Below are positions 27,479 to 35,703 of a stretch of 48,230 nt of DNA, one piece after another (the first letter of the stretch is position 1; each line of letters begins with the position of its first letter). Origin of the DNA: Klebsiella phage ST11-VIM1phi8.2. The stretch is from the sequence record MK448234.1; one strand, written 5' to 3'. The notes beneath the pieces are model-generated. The model was not told the origin of the DNA. It searched no databases and worked only from the letters and a program-made list of their open reading frames with translations. The position numbers and the translations under genes were made by a program.

Positions 27479-27896
27479 TCCGACTGCTGGACTTCTCGCT
27501 AAACTTCACATTGTGCTCGGTGCCGAACCAGTAGATCGCCTCGATTACCTCGACCATGTAGCGCTTGCTGGATTGAGAGGTGCGAACGCCGAAGTAGACG
27601 AGGCCGCCGTTGATGCCAGGGGCGGATTTCTGCTTACGCTCCGGGTTTTGCATCTGGCTGACCAGTACGGTAATGAGGTCTTTCCACTCCGCTGGCTCCA
27701 GCTTTTCACCGTGCCAGATCACCTGATCGCTCAGGTCTTTCAAAAGTGGCCACATGAGACGATTCTGTTTGTCGGTGCGGCTTTCTTCGCGCGCCTCGAT
27801 AATCAGCGGCGATCGGTGGTCTACAGGCAGAGACTGGATGAAGTTGACGACGTTACGCTTAACGTGGTCGTTGATAAGGCAGAATTGTTGCTTCAC
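27429..27896 (-). CDS. NinB (Orf-family recombination mediator)
   Basis: 155 aa. Position and family-typical N-terminus. GTG start. Confidence 0.65.
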   Translation of the reverse strand: MKQQFCLINDHVKRNVVNFIQSLPVDHRSPLIIEAREESRTDKQNRLMWPLLKDLSDQVIWHGEKLEPAEWKDLITVLVSQMQNPERKQKSAPGINGGLVYFGVRTSQSSKRYMVEVIEAIYWFGTEHNVKFSEKSSSRIAWAQEWRASHAQSAR

Positions 27897-28416
27897 GCTT
27901 CACCTCCGCAGAGGTCAAACGCTGAATACAGAAAATCGCCGGTGGCTTTCGCCATCGGTGATAGGAATTGCTGTACGGTTTTGTGCGCCATGTGTCCCCA
28001 CTTGGCGCCAGATAATCGTGTCAGTTGCTCAGGCTGACAAATTAATTATCGCCCTTCCCGGGGATAAAAGCAAAATGAGCATATACGAGAAAATCGCTAT
28101 TTCTTGGCGTTCTGCTCTGCCATTTCCAGATAGCGCGGATCGGATGCGCGGGGTAACTTGATGCTCTTCTCCCGGTCGTTCCAGTGCATGTTTGGCGGTG
28201 GCAGTTGTTCCCTTTCTGACCATCGCCCTTTTACAGCAGGACGCCATTGCGATGACTTTATGCTGTAAAATCTGTGACACCCAGCCAAGGGCGGCACTTT
28301 CCATCATCCCTGTTTCTCCAGGCTCGTCCGAGCATTTTTTTGCTCGTTTGGACTATTCCTAACAACTACAGTTGGTTATTATTGGTTAACAACAATTACC
28401 AATCTGGTTACACATA

Positions 28417-29445
28417 ATGAGCGAATCGTTGAAGGATGTTGTTTCATCAGTTAAAGATGCAATAATTACACCAGTCCAAGAGGCTTTTGTATATAGGGCA
28501 AAAAATCCATTTTTTGGAAGTTTGATTATATCCTGGGTTTACTGGAACTGGAATAAAATTGCTTACATGCTACTTTCGGATGATGATGTTTTAAAGAAAA
28601 TAGAATTTATAAAAAAATCAATCCCTGACAATACCCTTATACCATTTACGTCTTTTAGCATACCCCACACACATAGCTTATGGTTTCCTTTATTTTTCTC
28701 AATATTTTTCACCCTTAGCTACCCTGTTTTCTCTTGGGTTCTTACACTAATTCATAAGGGTATTTCTTTCCGCATTGAGAAAGTAGATTCTGAAAAGGAG
28801 GTTAAGAGACTCCAGCTTCAGGGTGCTATAATTACAGAGTTTGAAAAAAATGAGGGGCTCAGAGCAGTTGAAAGATCGAAAACAGAGGAGACAAAATTCT
28901 CAACAGCAGAAAGAGCAGCAGAGTCAAAATATAACATTAAAGAATTGCAAACCCAGCATGCCACGCTAAAAACTGAAGTCGCTCAACTTGAAAAGCAGAA
29001 GCAAAGTATGGAAACGATTTTAAGCGAGCAAGAAAAGAGAAGAAAAGGAGTTGTTGAAGAAATAACCTTACTCCAAGAAAAAGTCGCACCAGAAAGGGAA
29101 AGCGTCCAGAGAATTGAGCGAATAATAAATAGAAATATAGAATTAGAAAACCTTTTAACCACAAAGGAATCTCTGATTAATAGCAAACTTGATGAAACAA
29201 ATCAAAAATATGCATTTTACTTCAGCAACATGGTAATGCTTGATATGTATAAAGTTGAGTGCGAAAATTACAGAAAAATATTTAAGGAATTAGAAGAAAA
29301 AACCACTCAGATTTTTAGTTATGTTGAATCTGATGACCCTACCAGAGGTAGGAGCAATGAAGGGTATTTCATGTTAAAAAGCGATATAAAGGAACTAGTA
29401 AGCAAAGGGCTAGATCACGAGCAGAAATTTAGAAATTCTCACTAA
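28417..29445 (+). CDS. AT-rich two-TM plus long coiled-coil protein (342 aa). Moron; candidate abortive-infection or exclusion factor.
   Basis: Strand opposite to all neighbouring phage genes. Very low GC. Two hydrophobic helices (residues ~30-50 and ~85-115) then ~200 aa of heptad-rich E/K/Q sequence. Upstream TGGTTA repeats and a CATAAT -10 box. Confidence 0.6.
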   Translation: MSESLKDVVSSVKDAIITPVQEAFVYRAKNPFFGSLIISWVYWNWNKIAYMLLSDDDVLKKIEFIKKSIPDNTLIPFTSFSIPHTHSLWFPLFFSIFFTLSYPVFSWVLTLIHKGISFRIEKVDSEKEVKRLQLQGAIITEFEKNEGLRAVERSKTEETKFSTAERAAESKYNIKELQTQHATLKTEVAQLEKQKQSMETILSEQEKRRKGVVEEITLLQEKVAPERESVQRIERIINRNIELENLLTTKESLINSKLDETNQKYAFYFSNMVMLDMYKVECENYRKIFKELEEKTTQIFSYVESDDPTRGRSNEGYFMLKSDIKELVSKGLDHEQKFRNSH

Positions 29446-29910
29446 AAGTAAGGGGCGTAAACAGTTATGACGCGCCCCTGCTGCAGCCCCGTCGTGTTGA
29501 ACTGTTTCTTCATCATCGGGTAAGCATAGGTCAGCACATAAGCATCAGCGTTGTTCGGCGACCGACCCAACGTCTCTTTGATCTCTTCTTTATCCTAAAG
29601 AATTTTCCGGCTGTCCATCAGGCGCACCTTGTACTCCGGTGCGCTCAGCTGTTCAAAGCCAGGCCTGTCCAAATTTTGTTTCTGGCCTGGCCAGTGATGA
29701 CATGATTACGCCACGATATGCACCCATTCGAATTGTCTGTTTCTTTGGCAAGCGCTTCATCAGTGACTGACGACGGCGTTCAAACTCAGCTTCTGAATAA
29801 ACTCGCTTAACAATCTGCACAGGTTTACAGCCGATTTGCAGGAGGATATTACGAGCGAAGTCGACAGTTAAATCATGCTCGTTGTCAGTATCCGCCATCA
29901 CGTTCCGCAC
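29442..29910 (-). pseudogene. Frame-disrupted gene remnant (three consecutive frames carry protein-like pieces ending ...LGRSPNNADAYVLTYAYPMM...)
   Basis: ORF 29653..29910 continues as FEQLSAPEYKVRLMDSRKIL and then as DKEEIKETLGRSPNNADAYVLTYAYPMMKKQF... in two other frames. The final stop overlaps the stop of the inserted plus-strand gene. Confidence 0.35.
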
Positions 29911-29953
29911 CCGTTCGCCGAGCAGGTGATGAGCTCGTTAATTGTTGAGATGT

Positions 29954-30256
29954 TCATTTCCTTACTCCCGCCAGGCACTGGTTAAACAGGTTGGTCATTG
30001 GGTTTACGCCTCCAGGACGCTGGCGATACTGAACAGATGGATCGCTTTCGGTTACGGCTGTCGTGTCGATCAGGGTGTAGCGATAGCTCCTGCACTCTCC
30101 CTCACGCTTAACCTGGCCGTCACGGTGCATCTGCCACAGGGAGGAATTGACCACTGAAGAGTCAAGCCCGGTACCGCGGCGGATATCCTGAAAGCTGCAG
30201 CCAGGGTGCTGGCCGATGAAGTTAATAACGGCTTGTTTGCCAGAGTTCTTTTTCAT
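29954..30256 (-). CDS. Hypothetical winged-helix-like small protein
   Basis: 100-aa ORF coupled to the DnaC-like gene. Confidence 0.4.
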   Translation of the reverse strand: MKKNSGKQAVINFIGQHPGCSFQDIRRGTGLDSSVVNSSLWQMHRDGQVKREGECRSYRYTLIDTTAVTESDPSVQYRQRPGGVNPMTNLFNQCLAGVRK

Positions 30257-31101
30257 GACCGGTTCTCCCGATAGCTGTCCCAGGTAAACGAAATCGTGCA
30301 GCCTCCGCCGTCGTTCATGCGGTCGATGACGCGCTCGCCGATAAACTGCGTCAGCTCATCCTTCGGCAGGTTGCTGATCAGGATCGTCGGTTTCAGGCGC
30401 TCGTAGCGGGTGTTGATGATTTCAAACATGATCATCTCCTCGGCTTTGCTGCCGAACTGAATGCCTACCTCGTCGATAATCAGCAGGTCCGGCTTGGTGA
30501 AGAAGCGGATCACGTCTTCCTCGGAGCGGGTCGCCGTCTTTGACCAGGTGGATTTAAACTCCCGGGCGATTTTCAGCGCGGTGGTGAACACAACCGGGCT
30601 CTGGTGTTCTGCGATAACGCTTTTCGCAATTGCATAAGCCAGGTGGTTTTTTCCCGTGCCGGGTTTGCCGCACATAACCAGGCCGCCGCCGTTCTTCCGT
30701 CGATCTGGCCAGCGGGTGGCATACGCTCGGCAGACTTTCAGCGCAAACTCCGCGTCTTCGCTCACCGGCAGGTAGTTATCCAGCGTGCAGGCTTCAAACC
30801 GGGCCGGGACCTTGAGCTCCAGCATCAGGCGTTCAACATTCGCAGTGCGAGTTCTGTCATCCGTTTTGGCCTTCTCGTTTCGCAGGAAAACGAGCTCATC
30901 TTTCAGGCATCCCGGGCAGCTTGTCGGCGCACCTGGCAGACGGACAAGGCCAGTTGATACGCGCTGGCGTTGCTCATAGTCGCCGTGCTTTTCGCAGACC
31001 ACTAACTGCTTAATGACTTCGGTGTTTGGGATGTCCAGCGCTGGCTGTGACAGCTCCTGCAGCTGTTTTTCGACCAGGGTGATTCTTTCGTCCAGGTTCA
31101 T
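30253..31101 (-). CDS. Replication protein, DnaC-like helicase loader (IstB-type AAA+)
   Basis: Walker A GKPGTGKNHLA and Walker B LLIIDE. Confidence 0.85.
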   Translation of the reverse strand: MNLDERITLVEKQLQELSQPALDIPNTEVIKQLVVCEKHGDYEQRQRVSTGLVRLPGAPTSCPGCLKDELVFLRNEKAKTDDRTRTANVERLMLELKVPARFEACTLDNYLPVSEDAEFALKVCRAYATRWPDRRKNGGGLVMCGKPGTGKNHLAYAIAKSVIAEHQSPVVFTTALKIAREFKSTWSKTATRSEEDVIRFFTKPDLLIIDEVGIQFGSKAEEMIMFEIINTRYERLKPTILISNLPKDELTQFIGERVIDRMNDGGGCTISFTWDSYRENRS

Positions 31102-31958
31102 TGCTGATCCCTCATCCAGTTCGGAATTTCGGTTTTGCCGTAGTCTTTGTCAGCGAACCGCTCAGTGACGCGGGACTCCTGCCGGCGCTGCGCCTTGGCA
31201 ACTTTCGGCTCAAAAAGTCCCTGCCAGCCATTAGCGATGCTCTGGTTAATAATTTCGTCAGGGGAGTAACCGTTCAGCCGGCAACGGTCCAGCAGGTTGA
31301 TAGCCTGGGTGACGGTCTGCTGAGACTTGATCGGCTTTTTCAGGTCGCGACGGTATGCCACCCATGACGACCAGATTTCTGCAGAAAGCCAGTCAGGCAA
31401 CTGAACAGCTGACGCATCGAACGAAACCGCCCGGGGGGATTTAGGGGGGTTATTAATATTGTCTTTATTGTCTTTTGTATGTTTGTCTTTTGTGTTTACC
31501 TGATTCGGGTAATAGGCGTTACCTGATTCGGGTAAACTTTTCTTACCTGATTCGGGTAATGTTACCTTTTTCAGGTAAGGTTTCTTTTCTGTACCTTTTA
31601 TGGGTAAAGATGACCATTCGCTGACCGCTTTATTAATCCCGATTACGCGACCGGTTTGGGTTAATATCCCACGCTTAACCAGAGCGCTTTTTGCAGCTGA
31701 ACACTTATGCGGAAGAATGCCGGTCAGCACGGAGATCTGCTCGTTACTAACCCAGTCAGATTTCTTGTTGAAGCCGTATGTTTTGCGCATGACAGCCATG
31801 AACACCAAAAGCTGATGCTGCGACAAACCCGCATGCATGACAGCTTCAAGGAGCTCATTGGCGATGCGCGTAAACCCATCGTCGAGATCTGCCACGCGCA
31901 GCTCCTGTAGTGCCACGACAGGCACAGGGAAATTGATTACTTCGGCAGTATTTGCCAT
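31098..31958 (-). CDS. Replication initiator (lambda O-like) containing ori iterons
   Basis: 286 aa with an N-terminal DNA-binding region. The central part is encoded by iteron DNA (repeated TLPESGKK/SLPESGNA). Followed by the DnaC-like gene. Confidence 0.7.
   Translation of the reverse strand: MANTAEVINFPVPVVALQELRVADLDDGFTRIANELLEAVMHAGLSQHQLLVFMAVMRKTYGFNKKSDWVSNEQISVLTGILPHKCSAAKSALVKRGILTQTGRVIGINKAVSEWSSLPIKGTEKKPYLKKVTLPESGKKSLPESGNAYYPNQVNTKDKHTKDNKDNINNPPKSPRAVSFDASAVQLPDWLSAEIWSSWVAYRRDLKKPIKSQQTVTQAINLLDRCRLNGYSPDEIINQSIANGWQGLFEPKVAKAQRRQESRVTERFADKDYGKTEIPNWMRDQQ
31452..31607. repeat. Replication origin: five inverted-repeat iterons TTACC-N6/7-GGTAA (31497-31512, 31519-31535, 31543-31559, 31562-31578, 31592-31607) plus an adjacent AT-rich tract (31452-31496)
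   Basis: Directly visible repeats inside the O-like gene, the lambda ori architecture. Confidence 0.7.
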
Positions 31959-32043
31959 AATTACTCCTGTGAATTGATCCAGTTAATTCGCGTAGAAAGC
32001 CGTTGGTGTCCTACCACCGCGGCTTTCGCCTTTCTGTTCCCAC

Positions 32044-32265
32044 TCATGCTTCAAAATCACCTTTCTCTCCCGGCCTGTTAGAAATCAGGATGGCCAGCAG
32101 CAGCGACATGTTCGGCAGCAGACTTTCCCGCCAGCGACTCACCGTCGACTTATTCACTCCGGCCACTTTGGCGATATTCGTGGTTCCCAGTTCAGCTATC
32201 TGGCTGTGTAACCAGCTTTCTATCCTGCGAGCCTCCACTTTGTTGCGTGTCGTTGAACTCTCCAT
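32044..32265 (-). CDS. CII-like transcriptional activator
   Basis: Resembles lambda CII (IESWLHSQIAELGTTNIAKVAGVNKSTVSRW...LLPNMSLLLAIL). Start taken at the internal Met (MESSTTR). Confidence 0.6.
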   Translation of the reverse strand: MESSTTRNKVEARRIESWLHSQIAELGTTNIAKVAGVNKSTVSRWRESLLPNMSLLLAILISNRPGEKGDFEA

Positions 32266-32305
32266 TTGCGATACTTCCTCTGGTGTTGTTTGGAATGGCC
32301 GCTGG

Positions 32306-32533
32306 TTAGGCGGCCGGTGAATGCGCACTTAGCAACTGTGCAAGGTCAGGCCGGATCTCTGCCGCCTTAATCTTGCCGTTAGTCGCAGACACGATTTTCA
32401 TCACATAGCGGGCATCTATTCCGCCGCCATGCAGCCAGCGCCAAACTGTCGGCTGTGCTACGCCACACAGATCGGCCAATTTTTTCTGACTTCCAGCGAT
32501 ATCAATTGCCTTCTGGATGGTTTTGTTCGTCAT
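32306..32533 (-). CDS. Cro-like HTH regulator
   Basis: 75 aa from the internal Met (MTNKTIQKAIDIAGSQKKLADLCGVAQPTVWRW), an HTH. Divergent from cI across the operator region. Confidence 0.55.
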   Translation of the reverse strand: MTNKTIQKAIDIAGSQKKLADLCGVAQPTVWRWLHGGGIDARYVMKIVSATNGKIKAAEIRPDLAQLLSAHSPAA

Positions 32534-32644
32534 GTTCCAATTCCTATAAGTATTGGTGCAAAGTGATAATAGCAATTCGTATTGGCTTTAGCAATAGCAA
32601 AACGTGTTTTGACCAGTAATACGCAAGCGTATAAATTTGAAATT
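32534..32644. promoter_or_regulatory. OR-like operator/promoter region (pR/pRM) with ATAGCAAT-type repeats
   Basis: gataATAGCAATtcg at 32565-32576 and TAGCAATAGCAA at 32589-32600. The same 12-mer ATTGCTATTATC (reverse complement) occurs at OL. Confidence 0.5.
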
Positions 32645-33343
32645 ATGAAAAAAGAAACTCTTGCAGATCGTCTAAACGAAGCCATGAATTTGGCTGGAAT
32701 GTCCCAGGGGGCGCTTGCTAAGGCCTCAGGTATTGCTCAGCCGACCATTTGGCGCCTTGTAAGCGGAAACGCCAGGGGATCAACAAAAATTGTCGAGATA
32801 GCTAATGCTTTAGGCGTCAGGTCTGAATGGTTATCAACCGGCAATGGACCGATGCGCGATGATGGCCAGCTTCCTCGTGCTGCCCAGGTTAAAAGTCAGG
32901 ATACTGATGCATTCAGGATTGATGTGCTGGACCTTATGGTTAGTGCCGGTCCGGGCATCGTGAACCAGGAGTTCGTGGAGATCCTCCGCTCCGTAGAATA
33001 TGCACCGGCGGAAGCGCGCCACATGTTCGATGGACGCAAGGCTGAGAGCATCCGTATCATTAACGTCCGCGGAGACAGCATGTCTGGGACGATCGAGCCT
33101 GGCGATCTGCTGTTCGTGGACATCAGCGTTAAGAGCTTTGACGGCGACGGGATATATGCGTTCCTGTACGACGACACTGCTCACGTGAAGCGCCTTCAGA
33201 AGATGAAGGACAAGCTGCTGGTTATCTCAGACAACAAGAGCTATGCAGCATGGGACCCGATCGAGAAAGACGAGATGAATCGGGTGTTCGTGTTCGGCAA
33301 GGTGATAGGCAGCATGCCGCAGACGTACAGGAAGCATGGGTAA
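32645..33343 (+). CDS. CI repressor (HTH plus S24 LexA-like peptidase domain)
   Basis: The N-terminus (LAKASGIAQPTIWRLVSG) is an HTH. The C-terminus has GDSMSGTIEPGDLLFVD...KRL of S24 autopeptidases. ATG at 32645. Confidence 0.8.
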   Translation: MKKETLADRLNEAMNLAGMSQGALAKASGIAQPTIWRLVSGNARGSTKIVEIANALGVRSEWLSTGNGPMRDDGQLPRAAQVKSQDTDAFRIDVLDLMVSAGPGIVNQEFVEILRSVEYAPAEARHMFDGRKAESIRIINVRGDSMSGTIEPGDLLFVDISVKSFDGDGIYAFLYDDTAHVKRLQKMKDKLLVISDNKSYAAWDPIEKDEMNRVFVFGKVIGSMPQTYRKHG

Positions 33344-33365
33344 AGCCTTAGCACGCAGAGGAAGC

Positions 33366-33485
33366 ATGTCTGATCTGATTATCCCAATACTCATTACTTT
33401 GCTGATTATCGGACTAGTTGGGATAGCGCTCAGGTTGGAGAAGGTATTCTTCAAGCGAAGGGAGGAGCGGAATGACTTTGAATAA
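33366..33485 (+). CDS. 39-aa single-TM peptide downstream of cI
   Basis: MSDLIIPILITLLIIGLVGIALRLEKVFFKRREERNDFE. Not in the ORF track because it is under 60 aa. Confidence 0.35.
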   Translation: MSDLIIPILITLLIIGLVGIALRLEKVFFKRREERNDFE

Positions 33486-33630
33486 ATCAGTGCAGAAGGT
33501 TGATTTGATGTATTGAGGGAATGAATCATCTCCAACGCAATGATTATTAATATCTTTTTGTAAGTCTATGATGACCGGATAATTTTCTGGTCGCTTTTTT
33601 CATTACACACGGTAAACTTAGGATTAAATT

Positions 33631-34707
33631 ATGAAGTCGGAACTGGCGGAAGTTGCGAACGATATGGTAGATACAAATAAGAAATATTTGATCTGGAACA
33701 ATAAAGGCGGCGTTGGGAAAACGTTTTTGACCTATAATCTTGCTGTCGAGTATGCAATAGCGCATTCGGATGAAGATGTAGTCGTTATAGATGCCTGCCC
33801 TCAATCAAATGTTTCTGAGATTATTTTGGGCGGCAATGGAGTTGGAGAAGAAAATCTTAACAACCTCCGTGATAGAAATACTACTATAGCTGGTTACATT
33901 AAAGAGCGCTTTAGCAACTCTCCACTTGCACGCCTGGGGAATGAGTCTTCATATTTTGTTAAGGCTCATTCTGTAAATCCAAAAATGCCAAACAATCTTT
34001 ATCTTTTACCAGGTGACGTAGACTTAGATATTTGTTCAAGGCTTATTGCGCATATTGGATCCTCACCGGTTAAAGAAGCTTGGAAAAAAAGTCGATCACT
34101 TTTGATAGACCTCATCGCTTCATTTGAGGCAGATAAAACTATTTCCGAGAGGCCTAAAACGTTTTTTATTGACTGCAACCCTAGTTTTGCAAGCTACACA
34201 GAACTTGGAGTTGTCGCATCAAATCGAGTAATTATTCCATGTACAGCCGATGCTGCCTCAATTCGTGGTATCAAAAACTTAGTTAAATTGATTTATGGAG
34301 TTTCTATTGATAGCACTGAACAAGACGAAATGTTCCTTGATTTCAACAAGGAAGCAAAACAAAGTAAAATAGAATTCCCCAAGCTACATCTATTCGTCCA
34401 AAACCGATCTCGAACCAACGAAAGCGACGCTGCAAAAGCATTCAAGTCGCACGCTGAAGAAATAAAAAGAATCACATCTGAATTATTAAAAACACACCCT
34501 CATTTATTTACTGATGAAAGCATTGATGATCGCGTTAAGCACGTTAAAGATGGCAACACTCTTGCCGCAATCATTAATCATGAAGGCTGCCCATTAAGCA
34601 ATCTTCAACACAAAAGTTACACTATTTATGGTATGGCAACACAAGCAAATAAAGCTCAAATTGATGCTTTAGAAGCTGATGTAAATGGTGTTGTCTCCTG
34701 TATCTGA
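33631..34707 (+). CDS. ParA/MinD-family deviant Walker-A ATPase (358 aa) at the rexAB-equivalent position. Orphan: no ParB partner.
   Basis: N-terminal NKGGVGKT (the KGGxGKT deviant Walker A). AT-rich. Co-oriented with cI. Own plus-strand terminator at 34758-34783. Confidence 0.7.
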   Translation: MKSELAEVANDMVDTNKKYLIWNNKGGVGKTFLTYNLAVEYAIAHSDEDVVVIDACPQSNVSEIILGGNGVGEENLNNLRDRNTTIAGYIKERFSNSPLARLGNESSYFVKAHSVNPKMPNNLYLLPGDVDLDICSRLIAHIGSSPVKEAWKKSRSLLIDLIASFEADKTISERPKTFFIDCNPSFASYTELGVVASNRVIIPCTADAASIRGIKNLVKLIYGVSIDSTEQDEMFLDFNKEAKQSKIEFPKLHLFVQNRSRTNESDAAKAFKSHAEEIKRITSELLKTHPHLFTDESIDDRVKHVKDGNTLAAIINHEGCPLSNLQHKSYTIYGMATQANKAQIDALEADVNGVVSCI

Positions 34708-34757
34708 TTAGTTAACTTGATATTGTAACCAACAATCATTATCTATTTACAATCCAC

Positions 34758-34783
34758 AACCCGGCCCCCGCGCCGGGTTTTTA
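34758..34783 (+). terminator. Rho-independent terminator after the ParA-like gene (CCCGGC-ccccgc-GCCGGG + TTTTT)
   Basis: Seen directly in the sequence. Confidence 0.55.
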
Positions 34784-34788
34784 CTGCC

Positions 34789-34992
34789 CTACTCTTCCCG
34801 CGGCATCAACACATCCAGTGCCAGCTCTACCGCCAGATCTACCTGCTCACCCTGCCACAACACCTGAATCATCTCTATCAGCGCCTCTCTTGAGGGCTCG
34901 CGCTTCTCAACCAGCAGCTGCATAACCGCTATCCCGATGACCTGCGCTATCTGCTGATGCATCTCTGTGAAAAACTCATCCTCATTTGACAT
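34789..34992 (-). CDS. Small highly acidic protein (67 aa) divergently transcribed from the OL region
   Basis: MSNEDEFFTEMHQQ...ELALDVLMPREE, E/D-rich. Start at the internal ATG 34992. Confidence 0.45.
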   Translation of the reverse strand: MSNEDEFFTEMHQQIAQVIGIAVMQLLVEKREPSREALIEMIQVLWQGEQVDLAVELALDVLMPREE

Positions 34993-35039
34993 GCCGCCAC
35001 CCTTGCTGATGTTTTTTTGAGCACAACAGCACAATAGCA

Positions 35040-35213
35040 AAAAATAAATTCATTTAGCTATCAATGGTTTAATAGCCATTGCTATCAATTAATATCAATA
35101 CGTATTGCTATGGTTAATACTCATTGCTATTATCATCTCATCCAAACAACACCGGCAACGCCGGGTAATCGTAACAACGCTCAGCTGGCCGGCTTTAAGG
35201 CAAAGGTGAAGAG
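35040..35213. promoter_or_regulatory. OL-like operator/promoter region with at least three ATTGCTAT repeats
   Basis: ATTGCTAT at 35078-35085, 35104-35111 and 35123-35130. The palindromic ATAGCcattGCTAT is present. Shares ATTGCTATTATC with OR. Confidence 0.5.
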
Positions 35214-35321
35214 ATGATCCGCAAAGAAGACAAGCCTGCATGGCGTAATTTTTGGTTAAAGGTCGTTCCGTTTTTGGTTGCTGTTATCGCAGTTAGCTAT
35301 CCGTGCTGGGGTGGCAAATGA
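35214..35321 (+). CDS. 35-aa single-TM peptide, first ORF of the early-left operon
   Basis: MIRKEDKPAWRNFWLKVVPFLVAVIAVSYPCWGGK, with an SD (AAGGTGAAGAG). Its TGA overlaps the next ATG. Confidence 0.3.
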   Translation: MIRKEDKPAWRNFWLKVVPFLVAVIAVSYPCWGGK

Positions 35322-35428
35322 GCAAACAAGGCATTCGTTCACTGATTTACTGCCTGCTGATCTGCGGCGTTATCTGGACAGCGTTGATTATCAAAATTCT
35401 GCACGTTACGGGGGTGTTCAATGGCTAA
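35318..35428 (+). CDS. 36-aa single-TM peptide, translationally coupled to the previous one
   Basis: MSKQGIRSLIYCLLICGVIWTALIIKILHVTGVFNG. Confidence 0.3.
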   Translation: MSKQGIRSLIYCLLICGVIWTALIIKILHVTGVFNG

Positions 35429-35615
35429 CTCAATTCCTAACAACGGACGCGCCGTGATGATGCGCAATCGCCGCACCGGAGCCGCCTGGCTGGTCAGCTT
35501 CGACTATCGCGACGGCAGCTACTGGCATGAGCCGCAGGGCAATCTGCGCCACATCCGCCGGCCATACGCATCACGCAATATCGAGCCGAACCTGGTTCCA
35601 GCCGGGACGCATTAA
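35421..35615 (+). CDS. Hypothetical small protein
   Basis: 64-aa ORF whose start overlaps the preceding stop (ATGGCTAA). Confidence 0.25.
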   Translation: MANSIPNNGRAVMMRNRRTGAAWLVSFDYRDGSYWHEPQGNLRHIRRPYASRNIEPNLVPAGTH

Positions 35616-35703
35616 CCACGCATATCAGCGCACGAATTTAACTGAGCTATCAGGCAGCCATTACGGTGCCGGGATTCTTACAACCAAATTTCAGGAGCGA
35701 GCT

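Noticed and set aside
28029-28307. Minus-strand 92-aa ORF (and 28097..28297, 27754..28161) between ninB and the coiled-coil moron
   Set aside because: Mutually overlapping ORFs with no recognisable features and poor start contexts. The region may hold a short real gene (e.g. 27893..27991, 32 aa), but the evidence is insufficient.
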